Assembly (NCBI GenBank): GCA_050949085.1
Contig: JBMNFB010000009.1
Location: 130,379 to 194,378, forward strand
Length of the DNA: 64,000 nucleotides
Reading direction: 5' to 3'
Origin: Bacillota bacterium
GTDB taxonomy: Bacteria > Bacillota > UBA994 > UBA5500
Shown in pieces: positions 9,819-18,917 of the stretch. The translations under genes and the position numbers were made by a program. The notes below the pieces were generated by a model that saw nothing but the letters and a program-made list of their open reading frames with translations, ran no database searches and was not told where the DNA came from. Numbering within the stretch: the stretch's first letter is position 1; each line of letters opens with the position of its first letter.

Positions 9819-10607
9819 ATGAGCAAACCGTACTTGCGCAAACTGATGCCGGTGATCCTGCCCGCTATCCTGCTCCTCCTCTGGGAGGCGACGGTGCGGC
9901 TGGGTGAGCTGCCGCTGTATCTCCTCCCCGCCCCCAGCCAGATTCTCAGGGCATTGCTGGACAACCACCAGGTGATCCTGCCCCATGCGCTGATCACGCT
10001 GGGGGAGGCGGCCCTGGGAATAGTCATCGCTACCGGGCTGGCAGCACTGCTGGGGATAGCCATGGATGCCTGGCCTACATTTCGCCAGGCGGTCTATCCG
10101 CTGATGGTCGTCTCCCAATCGGTGCCAATCATCGTTCTGGCTCCGCTCTTTATCATCTATTTTGGGTTTGGACTGGCGCCGAAGGTGATCACGGTGGTGC
10201 TGATGTGCTTCTTCCCCATCGCCGTCAATCTGGCTGATGGGTTTGGCCAGGTATCCCACAGGCTGGTCGATCTGCTGCGCACCATGGGTGCCACCCGGTG
10301 GGACATCTATCGGATCATCAAACTCCCGGCTGCGGCACCTGCGTTTTTCTCCGGGCTGCGCGTAGCGGCTACCTACAGCATCATGGGGGCGGTCGTGGGC
10401 GAGTGGCTAGGTGGGAGCGGTGGCCTCGGCTACTACATGCTGCGGGTCAAGAACGCTTACATGCTGGATCGCGTCTTCGCCATCGTTCTCCTGATCATCG
10501 TTCTCAGCCTGCTCTGTAACGCCGTCGTTCGCGCCGTCGAGTATCTGCTGACACCCTGGACGCGCTCCAGGTCAGCTACCCCAATCAAGGAAGGTGACAA
10601 CACTTGA
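9819..10607 (+). CDS. thiX: ABC transporter permease, NitT/TauT family (ThiX-like, HMP/pyrimidine uptake)
   Basis: Start [14 protein letters not shown] after GGGGGAGG. Permease with 6 transmembrane segments and an EAA loop. Follows the TPP riboswitch. Confidence 0.75.
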   Translation: MSKPYLRKLMPVILPAILLLLWEATVRLGELPLYLLPAPSQILRALLDNHQVILPHALITLGEAALGIVIATGLAALLGIAMDAWPTFRQAVYPLMVVSQSVPIIVLAPLFIIYFGFGLAPKVITVVLMCFFPIAVNLADGFGQVSHRLVDLLRTMGATRWDIYRIIKLPAAAPAFFSGLRVAATYSIMGAVVGEWLGGSGGLGYYMLRVKNAYMLDRVFAIVLLIIVLSLLCNAVVRAVEYLLTPWTRSRSATPIKEGDNT

Positions 10608-11587
10608 AGAAATCGCTGCTTGTTGTACTCTGCGCGCTGCTCGTCCTCAGCCTGACTGCCTGCGTGTCGCGGCAGGATCCGGCTGACCTGACCCCTGTCC
10701 GGGTGATCCTTGACTACCTGCCCAACACCAACCACACCGGGCTCTATGTTGCCAAAGCCAGGGGCTACTACGAGGAAGAAGGGCTGAATGTGGAAATCGT
10801 TCAGCCGTCGGAGGGAGCTACCGCCACTCTCATCGCCACCGGCCAGGGTGAGTTTGGCATCTCCTATCAGGAGGATGTGACCTACGCTCGCACGGCGGAA
10901 GATCCGCTGCCCATCAAGGCTATTGCGACCATCGTGCAGCACAATACGTCGGGATTCGCCTCCTATAGGCCGAAGAATATCACCTCGCCCCGCGACTTCG
11001 AAGGAAAGACGTATGTCAGCTGGGGCTCTGAGGCTGAAGCCGCCGTCATCAAGGCGGTCATGGAAGCCGAAGGGGCTGACTTTTCCACCCTGAATCTGGT
11101 CATCGGGGCCGATGCCAGCCTGGCTTCCCTGCAGTCGAACGTTGACCTGATCTGGATTTTCTATGGCTGGGACGGTATTCGGGCCGAAATGCAGGATTTC
11201 CCCCTCAACTACATCGAGCTGCGCCAGCTGGATGAACGGCTGGACTACTATACACCGGTGATCATTGCCGCAGAGCAGTTGCTGAACGAGAACCCCGAGC
11301 TGGCTCGCAAGTTCCTGGCGGCCACCGCCCGGGGATACGCTGATGCCATCGCCAACCCGATCGCAGCCGCCGACATTCTGGCCGAGGCAGTGCCTGAGTA
11401 TGATGCCGCCTTCCTGCGCAAGAGTCAGGAGTATCTCTCCACCAAATATATAGATGATGCCCCCCGCTGGGGTGAGATGAAGGCAGAGGTCTGGGACAAC
11501 TACACCGAGTTCATGCGGGAAGCCGGTCTGATCAAGAAGGATATGCCGGCCGAAGAAGCGTTTACCAACGAATTCCTGCCCAGGTAG
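10604..11587 (+). CDS. thiY: ABC transporter substrate-binding lipoprotein, NMT1/THI5-like (ThiY-like)
   Basis: Lipobox LSLTAC. NMT1/THI5-type periplasmic binding fold (..[16 protein letters not shown]..). Overlaps the permease stop by 4 nt. Confidence 0.75.
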   Translation: MKKSLLVVLCALLVLSLTACVSRQDPADLTPVRVILDYLPNTNHTGLYVAKARGYYEEEGLNVEIVQPSEGATATLIATGQGEFGISYQEDVTYARTAEDPLPIKAIATIVQHNTSGFASYRPKNITSPRDFEGKTYVSWGSEAEAAVIKAVMEAEGADFSTLNLVIGADASLASLQSNVDLIWIFYGWDGIRAEMQDFPLNYIELRQLDERLDYYTPVIIAAEQLLNENPELARKFLAATARGYADAIANPIAAADILAEAVPEYDAAFLRKSQEYLSTKYIDDAPRWGEMKAEVWDNYTEFMREAGLIKKDMPAEEAFTNEFLPR

Positions 11588-11598
11588 GAGAAGAGGCC

Positions 11599-12333
11599 AT
11601 GAACCTGCAGGTCGACACCCTCAGTTTCTCTTTTGGCGAACAGCTGATTCTTGATCGGCTCAGCTTCGCTGCCGAGGCGGGCGAGTTTATCAGCATTCTC
11701 GGCCCATCGGGCTGCGGCAAGAGCACGCTGCTGAACATCCTCGCCGGCCTCTTGCCGCCGGCCGACGGGGCAGTCTTGCTGGATAACCAGCCCCTCAGCG
11801 GCCTGTCGCCGCACGTCGCCTATATGCCGCAGGAGGACCTCCTGATGCCCTGGCGGACAGTCCTGGATAATGTCTGTCTTCCTCTCCTCCTGCGCAAGGT
11901 GGATCGAGCCACTGCCCGCCGTCAGGCGCTGGCTCACTTCGCCGAGTTCGGCCTGGCCGGATACGAGGACGTCTATCCCGATCAGCTTTCAGGTGGCATG
12001 CGCCAGCGTGCCGCCTTCTTGCGTACCGTGCTCTCCGATGCCCAGATCCTTCTCCTGGACGAGCCGTTCGGGGCGCTGGACGCCATCACCCGCCAGCGAC
12101 TCCAGATCTGGCTGGCCGACCTGCGCTGGCGTCTGGGCCGCACCATTGTTCTCGTCACCCACGACATCGACGAAGCCGTCTTCCTCGCTGACCGGATCTA
12201 TGTGCTGTCGCAGCGTCCGGCCCGCATCCAGCTAGAGATCGCCGTTACGACGCCGGCCCAGAAGCGCAACTGGGAATGGTTGCTGGCGGCAGGCGAGACA
12301 AAACAACGCATCTATGCGGCTCTGGAGGTATAG
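11599..12333 (+). CDS. thiZ: ABC transporter ATP-binding protein (ThiZ-like)
   Basis: Walker A GPSGCGKST, signature LSGGMRQRAAF, Walker B ILLLDEPFGALD. Confidence 0.85.
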   Translation: MNLQVDTLSFSFGEQLILDRLSFAAEAGEFISILGPSGCGKSTLLNILAGLLPPADGAVLLDNQPLSGLSPHVAYMPQEDLLMPWRTVLDNVCLPLLLRKVDRATARRQALAHFAEFGLAGYEDVYPDQLSGGMRQRAAFLRTVLSDAQILLLDEPFGALDAITRQRLQIWLADLRWRLGRTIVLVTHDIDEAVFLADRIYVLSQRPARIQLEIAVTTPAQKRNWEWLLAAGETKQRIYAALEV

Positions 12334-12335
12334 GA

Positions 12336-13088
12336 TTGGAGAACTGCAGCGGGGATTTGTACCTGGTGGACGCTCATACCCACATTCAGCCCGACGAGGA
12401 AGAGGCGGCAAGGAGGCTGGCGCAGCAGGGACTCTGGCAGCTGGTGGCCGCGACGAACCCAGACGAATGCGCCCGCATCGCAGCGCTGGCCAGCAGCGAG
12501 AGCAGGATTATTTTCACAGCGGGTTTGCACCCCTGGTATTCGGCTGCGCACAGTCCCGATACCATGGATGATTGGCTGCAGCAGGCGCCGGTCATCGGCG
12601 AAATCGGCCTGGATACAGTCTGGACAGACGCGCCGCTGGAGCAGCAGCGCGTCGCTTTTCTCTATCAGTTACAGCGGGCGGTGGTGCTGCAGAAGCCGGT
12701 GATCCTCCACACCAAAGGGGCCGAGGCAGAGATCCTCACCTGGCTGGAGCGATACACGCCGCCGCTGGTCATCGTTCACTGGTATTCAGGGCCGGCCGAG
12801 CTGCTGCCCGGCTATCAGGCGCTGGGCTGCTACTTCACTCTGGGGCCGGATCTGGAACAAAATCCGGCCCAGCAGGCCGTCTGTCGCCAGGTGGCGCCTG
12901 ACCGCCTGCTGACCGAGACAGACGGGAGCGGCGCCGTAGCCTGGGCGACGGGCTGCCCCAGCCTCCTCCAGGATACCCCTCAGGTCCTGCGCCGAATCCT
13001 GAACACTGCAGCCCGGACCAGGGGAATCGCTCCAGAGGAGCTGCAGGCCGCAGTTCAGCGAAATCTGCTGCGGCTGCTGGGTATCTAG
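12336..13088 (+). CDS. TatD-family metal-dependent hydrolase (amidohydrolase fold)
   Basis: DAHTHIQ near the N-terminus, then later His/Glu/Asp ligand blocks (HTKGAE, VHWYSG, TETDG) typical of TatD. Probable TTG start at 12336, 2 nt after the thiZ stop with GGAGG upstream. Last gene of the riboswitch-controlled operon. Confidence 0.7.
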   Translation: MENCSGDLYLVDAHTHIQPDEEEAARRLAQQGLWQLVAATNPDECARIAALASSESRIIFTAGLHPWYSAAHSPDTMDDWLQQAPVIGEIGLDTVWTDAPLEQQRVAFLYQLQRAVVLQKPVILHTKGAEAEILTWLERYTPPLVIVHWYSGPAELLPGYQALGCYFTLGPDLEQNPAQQAVCRQVAPDRLLTETDGSGAVAWATGCPSLLQDTPQVLRRILNTAARTRGIAPEELQAAVQRNLLRLLGI

Positions 13089-13124
13089 CCCTGGATCCTG
13101 CGGACTTGCCCTGGCATAACAAAA

Positions 13125-13149
13125 GGGAGCCTCCACCTCTGGGGCTCCC
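13125..13149. terminator. Bidirectional hairpin between the convergent TatD and MarR genes
   Basis: GGGAGCC-TCCACCTCTG-GGCTCCC stem. Confidence 0.4.
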
Positions 13150-13172
13150 TTATATGCTAAGTGAAGTAGCTG

Positions 13173-13649
13173 CTAAGCCCGGCTGCTTGTCACCTGGCTA
13201 TCGCGCATCAGCTCTTCCAGATGAGTCATGCCGGCAATCATCACCTTGAGCTCTTCCAGCGAGACATCCTGCAGAATCTTCGATAGATAGCGGATCCGCG
13301 CGGTCATCACCTCGTCCACCATCTGCATGCCCCGTTCCGTCACGTTGAGGCGGATCACCCGCCGGTCGTTGCTGTCCCGCACCCGCTCAACCAGATTGTT
13401 ACGCTCCATACGATCGATCAGATCTGTGGCCGTGCTGCAGGCAAGAAACATCCTCTCACCCAGCTCACCGATGGTCAGGTTGCGATGCCTGAGAATCAGA
13501 AGGGCATTGAACTGCGGTGTCGTAATGTCGAAGTCTTGGAGAACGTCGCGACCCCGCCGCTTGATGATACTGCTCACAGTCCGCAAAAGTCGCTCCAACT
13601 GGATGACACACTGTTCAAACTCCTGAATGCTGCTCTCTGTCACCATCCT
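13173..13649 (-). CDS. MarR family transcriptional regulator
   Basis: Winged-helix MarR pattern (TTPQFNALLILRHRNLTIGELGERMFLACSTATDLIDRMERNNLVERVRDSNDRR). Start probably MVTESS. Confidence 0.8.
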   Translation of the reverse strand, partial: RMVTESSIQEFEQCVIQLERLLRTVSSIIKRRGRDVLQDFDITTPQFNALLILRHRNLTIGELGERMFLACSTATDLIDRMERNNLVERVRDSNDRRVIRLNVTERGMQMVDEVMTARIRYLSKILQDVSLEELKVMIAGMTHLEELMRDSQVTSSRA

Positions 13650-13778
13650 CACCCCCTCCCCAAGCACGTGGACTCCGAAGCACGCGCAAATTTCCGTTGG
13701 CGAAACTTCCCTTGTGTCGATATTATCAAACAGGGGGAAATTGTGTCAAGGCGTTGTCAGAATTAACGGCCAAGTCTC

Positions 13779-16112
13779 CTAGAAATATCTCTCAATCGCC
13801 CGGAAGAGGGCCTCGGCGATGCGGATCCTGACCGATTCCTGCAGCAACAGTGCTTCTTCGGTGGCATTGGAGATAAAGCCGATCTCCGCCAGAGCACCGG
13901 TGGTATGAGTCTCCTTAATGATCAGATAGCGGGTATTGGGGATGACGCCGCGATCGGGCCAGCCCAGTTCATCTACCAGCTCACCGTGTACCAGGCGCGC
14001 AAACCGTTCATTCTCATAGCGTGGGTAGTAGAATGTCTCCAGCCCCCGTACGTCCCGCTTGGTATAGGAATTGATGTGGATGCTGAGGAACGCATCCACG
14101 TTGGCCTGGTTGATCAGCGCCGCCCTGCGGGGAGCGTCAATATAGGGGCTGTTGACCTCGCGGGTCATCACCACGTTGGCGCCAGCGCTGACCAGCAGCT
14201 CGCGCAGCCGGTAGGCGATATCATGGGTGAAATCCTTCTCGTTCCAGCCCTTTGTACCCATCGCACCGGGGTCGGTAGCCCCATGACCCGGATCGAGAGC
14301 GATCGTCTTCCCCACCAGGGAGGGAGAGGCGATCTTGATCTCCCAGACCTCATTGCCGTTGACGGCATTCAGGTGATAGGCGCTCTGCTCCCGCAGCCTG
14401 ATCGTCAGGCGCACTTCATCGCCCAACTGCGTCGCCTCGACGGCCTGCACCAGTCCCCCTACTCCCTGCAGATGCGTCGGCAGCTCGCTGCTCATTCCGG
14501 CTCCCGGAATGGTCACGAGCAAGGCCTGCTCGCTGGCAACATACCGCGCCGTTGGCCGGCTCTGCCCCTGCAGCCTGACCCGGAGGGTGGTACCGCCGCT
14601 GGCCTGCGAGAGGCTGATATCCTCCACCAACGTTCCCAGCATCAGGCGCCAACCATTTTCGTCCTGCAGCAGGTGGGAGTTGATCGGTTTCTTCAGGCGC
14701 AACTCCAGCGCCAGCTCTGACTCCGCTTCGATCCACTGGGCGGTTTCGATATAGATAGACTCTGCCCAGGGGCCAGACAGCTCACTGTCCCGCACCACTT
14801 GCGGGAAAACGATGCGCAGACCGGAAATTGTCACTGGCTGAGTGAGGCGGCTGCCAATGGGAACCAGATCTTCGCGGATCCAGCCAGGCTGCTTACCGCC
14901 AAAATCCACCCGGCACCAGCCATTCTCACGTTTGAGCACCACTACCTTATGGCCAGGGTAAAGCGTTGTGATCCGGTTGCTGTTATCCCGCTTGACTTCC
15001 GGTGTGGAGCGCACGTTGACGCCCACCTTCTCCTCAATTTCGGTGGTAACCGTCACCCACTCATCTGTCATCCAGCCTTCCTGCCCATCAGCCAGACGGA
15101 CCTGATACCAGCCGGTCGTTTCACCGACAACTTCTACCTCGGTCAGATAAGGTACTGTACAGATTTTGTCCTGGGCGGTGCTGGGAGTCGGGCGCAGATT
15201 GACGCCTACCTCTGCATTGACCCGGCCGGGCAGACTACCGCCAGCTTCTACCTCTTCCGTAGTATCGATCAGCTCTGGCACAACGCTCAGGGGCAGCCCA
15301 AACGAGAAATGCTCGATGGCTCCTGACTGGGAGAAAGCCGCCTGCTTCAGCCCGATTGGCCAGCTGATGGTCAGCTGCTCCTCGTCGTCACTTAGCACTG
15401 CCTGAGGCACCAGGCTGGCCGCGGCGTCATCGAAATGCAGCACAACCTGCAACGAGTTATCCTCAAGTGGGTGGATCTCCAGGCGCTCGAGGGGGGCACT
15501 TTCTATCTCTTGCGTCAGCTCCTCGGCGGTAACCCGCGACAGATTGACGGTGAATGTCCCCTCCTCCGGCAGAAAGCTGCTGCTCTCCAGCACCAGCCGC
15601 CGGCTGGACCTGAGCACCAGTGCACTAGCCCGCCCTTCGGTAACCGTCAGCCCAGGCTCGCTCAGCTCGCCAATTGCCGAGGTAATGTGGACACTGCGGG
15701 ACGCATTATCCCATTCGACCCCGGCGCCAAAGCTCTGCCCGATGAAGCGCAGCGGGACCATGATTCGGCTCTGGATCAGCACTGGCGGCGCATCCAGCTC
15801 TACAGCCGCCCCATCCAGATAGGCGATCTTCTGGCCGAGCGTCAGTTCCACCCGGGTCGCCCCCTGGCGGATGAGGACGGGCTGCTCATTGGAGATCCAG
15901 GTTACATCGGCGCCCAGTTCCTCACTGATGATCCTGACGGGAACCATCGTGCGGCCGTTGATGATCACCGGTGGCACGTCCTGCGGCCCCAGCACCAGCC
16001 GCTGGCCATCCAGATAAATGGGAACTCCTGTGCTAGCGATGACCGGGGGACTGATCGCCATTAGAATCATCAGGCTGAGCAGCGATATTATGTAGTAGTG
16101 GCGTTTTTGCAT
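13779..16112 (-). CDS. N-acetylmuramoyl-L-alanine amidase (Amidase_3) with copper-amine-oxidase-N, SH3b and AMIN-like domains
   Basis: Signal peptide, a Cu-amine-oxidase N-terminal repeat (YLDGQRLVL...VPLRFIGQSFGAGVEWD), two SH3b-like segments, and a C-terminal Amidase_3 domain (IALDPGHGATDPGA...E..H.N...). Confidence 0.8.
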   Translation of the reverse strand: MQKRHYYIISLLSLMILMAISPPVIASTGVPIYLDGQRLVLGPQDVPPVIINGRTMVPVRIISEELGADVTWISNEQPVLIRQGATRVELTLGQKIAYLDGAAVELDAPPVLIQSRIMVPLRFIGQSFGAGVEWDNASRSVHITSAIGELSEPGLTVTEGRASALVLRSSRRLVLESSSFLPEEGTFTVNLSRVTAEELTQEIESAPLERLEIHPLEDNSLQVVLHFDDAAASLVPQAVLSDDEEQLTISWPIGLKQAAFSQSGAIEHFSFGLPLSVVPELIDTTEEVEAGGSLPGRVNAEVGVNLRPTPSTAQDKICTVPYLTEVEVVGETTGWYQVRLADGQEGWMTDEWVTVTTEIEEKVGVNVRSTPEVKRDNSNRITTLYPGHKVVVLKRENGWCRVDFGGKQPGWIREDLVPIGSRLTQPVTISGLRIVFPQVVRDSELSGPWAESIYIETAQWIEAESELALELRLKKPINSHLLQDENGWRLMLGTLVEDISLSQASGGTTLRVRLQGQSRPTARYVASEQALLVTIPGAGMSSELPTHLQGVGGLVQAVEATQLGDEVRLTIRLREQSAYHLNAVNGNEVWEIKIASPSLVGKTIALDPGHGATDPGAMGTKGWNEKDFTHDIAYRLRELLVSAGANVVMTREVNSPYIDAPRRAALINQANVDAFLSIHINSYTKRDVRGLETFYYPRYENERFARLVHGELVDELGWPDRGVIPNTRYLIIKETHTTGALAEIGFISNATEEALLLQESVRIRIAEALFRAIERYF

Positions 16113-16407
16113 ATGTCTGCCCCCTCTCGTAATCTGTCATTGGCTCCCATGCATCTTGCCACAATCAAATCGGTATCGCCCTGTGTATAGACGAGCCATT
16201 CAGCGAGCTGGTTTCAAACCCCATTTCAGCCCGAGCGCTCGTCCTCCTCCAACAGGATTCAACATAGGCAAAATGGTCTCCTGTCCGGAGACCCTCAGGT
16301 AACATATTCCACAACCCGAAAGCACTGCTGCGCTCCAGATAGCAGAGAGTCATCATCCCTGCTTCTGTGTTATACTGCTTTCAGAACATCAGTAGGGGGG
16401 AACAAGA

Positions 16408-16926
16408 ATGCAGTCTAGCTCGCCGCTTGCCAAGATGGTCCTCATTGCCCTCTTTATTGCCCTGGTGACCGTCGGCACTATGCTTGTCCAGATCCCCACG
16501 CCGGGAACCCAGGGGTATATCAACTTTGGCGATACACTGATCTTCCTGGCGGGGGCGCTGTTGGGGCCGCTGCCGGGGGCAGCCGCCGGTGGTCTGGGCT
16601 CGGCGCTGGCTGACCTGCTCTCCGGATATGCCCATTATGCCCCCTGGACATTGCTTGTCAAGGGATTAGAGGGACTTGTAATCGGACTGTTGCTGGGGAG
16701 GGGGAGCGGCACGGCCAGACCAGGCCTGGGGGTGCTGCTCTCGATGGCCAGCGCCGGATTGCTGATGGTGGCCGGCTACTGCCTGGTTGAGATATACCTG
16801 TACGGTTGGGTGGCTGCCTGGGCCGGCGTGCCGGGCAACCTGATCCAGGCTGGAGGTTCACTGATACTGGCTTCAGTGCTCCTGGGCCCGGTCGGCAAGG
16901 CGCTGGAGGGGTTTCGTCGCCGTTAG
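16408..16926 (+). CDS. Small integral membrane protein, ECF-transporter S-component-like (ThiW/QueT-like?)
   Basis: 172 aa with 5-6 predicted transmembrane helices. Motif YINFGDTLIFLAGALLGP...GSALADLLSGYAHYAPWTLLVKGLEGL is reminiscent of ECF substrate-capture components. No recognisable riboswitch upstream. Confidence 0.4.
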   Translation: MQSSSPLAKMVLIALFIALVTVGTMLVQIPTPGTQGYINFGDTLIFLAGALLGPLPGAAAGGLGSALADLLSGYAHYAPWTLLVKGLEGLVIGLLLGRGSGTARPGLGVLLSMASAGLLMVAGYCLVEIYLYGWVAAWAGVPGNLIQAGGSLILASVLLGPVGKALEGFRRR

Positions 16927-16960
16927 GCACGGCTACAGATCGATAAAGGAGGAATGAACG

Positions 16961-17773
16961 ATGAAGGTCTACATTTCGGTGGACATCGAGGGTGTCTGCG
17001 GAGTAGTCAATGGGGAAATGACCAGTCCCGCGGGGCGCGGCTATGAACAGGCCCGGCGGCAGATGACGGCCGAGGCTAACGCCGCTGTCCTGGGGGCCAG
17101 GGCAGCCGGGGCGCAGCTGATCGTCGTCAACGACTCCCACGGCAGCATGACCAATCTGATTCCGGCTGAGCTGGATGAAGCGGCTGAACTGATCCAGGGC
17201 AGCCCCAAGCCGCTCTCGATGATGGAGGGGGTACAGGAGGGTTTTGATGCAGTCCTGTTTGTGGGCTACCACGCGCGCATGCTGCAGCATGGGATCCTCA
17301 GCCACACCATCAGCGGCGGCACGGTGAGCACTGTCCGCCTCAACGGTGTGCCGATGGGTGAGACAGCCATCAACGCCGCTATCGCCGGCTACTACAAAGC
17401 GCCGGTCGTCTTTGTGGCCGGAGATAAGGCTGTGACCGAAGAGGCCAGGGCGCTGCTGGGCGACATTGAGACGGTAGCGACCAAGACGGCCATCACCCGC
17501 TACTCGGCGCGTTCGCTGCATCCGGCCAGAGCCTGCCGCGAAATTCAGGCTGGCGTCCAGCGGGCGCTGCAGAACCTGGCCGACAGGAAGCCCTTCCTGC
17601 CGGAAGGACCCTACACGTTTGAACTGGAGTTCATCCAGGCGGGTCAAGCCGATGCGGCCTCGCTGATGCCGGGCACCGTACGCGTCAATGGCAACACAGT
17701 GAGCTTCACCAGCGACGACTATGTGGAAGCCTTCAGGGGGCTGCGCAGCATGATCAGCCTGGCGCGCCCCTAG
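16961..17773 (+). CDS. dppA: D-aminopeptidase DppA (peptidase M55)
   Basis: N-terminus MKVYISVDIEGVCGV plus the conserved His/Glu ligand pattern of the M55 family. Confidence 0.8.
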   Translation: MKVYISVDIEGVCGVVNGEMTSPAGRGYEQARRQMTAEANAAVLGARAAGAQLIVVNDSHGSMTNLIPAELDEAAELIQGSPKPLSMMEGVQEGFDAVLFVGYHARMLQHGILSHTISGGTVSTVRLNGVPMGETAINAAIAGYYKAPVVFVAGDKAVTEEARALLGDIETVATKTAITRYSARSLHPARACREIQAGVQRALQNLADRKPFLPEGPYTFELEFIQAGQADAASLMPGTVRVNGNTVSFTSDDYVEAFRGLRSMISLARP

Positions 17774-17814
17774 CAGCGGCGCGGACGCCCGCGAGGGTCA
17801 GGAGGCGGTGCTAA

Positions 17815-18765
17815 ACCGGCTATGCTCAGCCAGGGCACACCCCCTCCGGCGCTGGCGATGCCTCCAGAACTAAGGTATCAAGCGAAACGGGACGGGGAGC
17901 AGCAAAACTCGCCCGCCTAAGACCAGGATTTCTGGTCCTGAGTGACGCCCAGCAGTCTGGTGCACTATCTGGCACCGCCAGGCTCGGGGCGCTTAGGCGG
18001 ACTCAGACAGTTGCTGCATTTTCCCCCGTTCCGTTTCGCTTCTTGTCAACTGACGGCTAATCGCAAGGCACCTTCGCGGGTGATGCCCTGACTTTATCGC
18101 CACTTGCCTACTCCGGTGCAACAACCCTTTGTACCGCGTGACCGGCCACGGCCCTCTGCAGGAGCACAGAACTCAGCCGTGAGGAACGGTCGCTCGCCAG
18201 CCCCCAGGGCACACCCTCTCCGGCGCTGGCGATGCCTCCAGAACTAAGGTATCAAGCGAAACGGGACGGGGAGCAGCAAAACTCGCCCGCCTAAGACCAG
18301 GATTTCTGGTCCTGAGTGACGCCCAGCAGTCTGATGCACTATCAGGCACTGCCAGGCTCGGATTGCTTAGGCGAGCTCAGGCAGTTGCTGCATTTTCCCC
18401 CGTTCCGTTTCGCTTTTTGTCAACTGACGGCTAATCGCAAGGCACCTTCGCGGGTGATGCCCTGTCTTTATCGCCACTTGCCTACTCCGGTGCAATAACC
18501 CTTTGTACCGCGTGACCGGCCACGGCCCTCTGCAGGAGCACAGAACTCAGCCGTGAGGAACGGTCGCTCGCCAGCCCCCAGGGCACACCCTCTCCGGCGC
18601 TGGCGATGCCTCCAGAACTAGGGTATCAAGCGAAACGGGACGGGGAGCAGCAAAACTCGCCCGCCGAAGGCCAGGATTTCTGGTCCTGAGTGACGCCCAG
18701 CAGTCTGATGCACTACCTGGCACCGGCAGGCTCGGATCGCTTAGGCGAGCTCAGATAGTTGCTGC
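17815..18765. repeat. 374-bp tandem direct repeat, 2.5 copies, about 95% identity, non-coding
   Basis: Copies begin at 17831, 18205 and 18579 (exact period 374). The third copy is truncated after GTTGCTGC at 18765. Lies in the convergent intergenic region between dppA and the aminotransferase. Confidence 0.9.
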
Positions 18766-18917
18766 TAGAGCACGGCCGCGGGTACATAAGAGTTTGAGCA
18801 CAAAGAAGGGACGGGTGATCCAAAGGGTCTCCCGCCCCTTTCTGCTTTCCTCCAACGAAGGCTAACAGCGCGGCGGCCTGGCTGCGGAACGCTCGGCGGG
18901 GTGACAACCCCTGCGGC

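Noticed and set aside
16113-16407. Riboswitch (TPP or preQ1) upstream of the ECF-S-component-like membrane gene
   Set aside because: No THI-box elements (CTGAGA / ...GCGTAGGGA) and no preQ1-I consensus are visible. Only a generic hairpin GGTCTCC-TGTCC-GGAGACC is present.
18316-18498. 60-aa ORF (and others from the track) inside the tandem repeat
   Set aside because: The frames are not conserved between repeat copies (the stop codon in the 20-aa frame changes to a sense codon in copy 3) and there is no ribosome-binding site. Treated as non-coding.
17815-18765. Possible CRISPR array, diversity-generating retroelement variable repeats, or T-box leader inside the tandem repeat
   Set aside because: The period is 374 bp with no short spacer/repeat alternation, so it is not CRISPR. 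Inter-copy substitutions are not restricted to adenines of one copy, so it is not diversity-generating-retroelement mutagenesis. GTACCGCG resembles part of a T-box, but the preceding GGGTGG consensus is absent.
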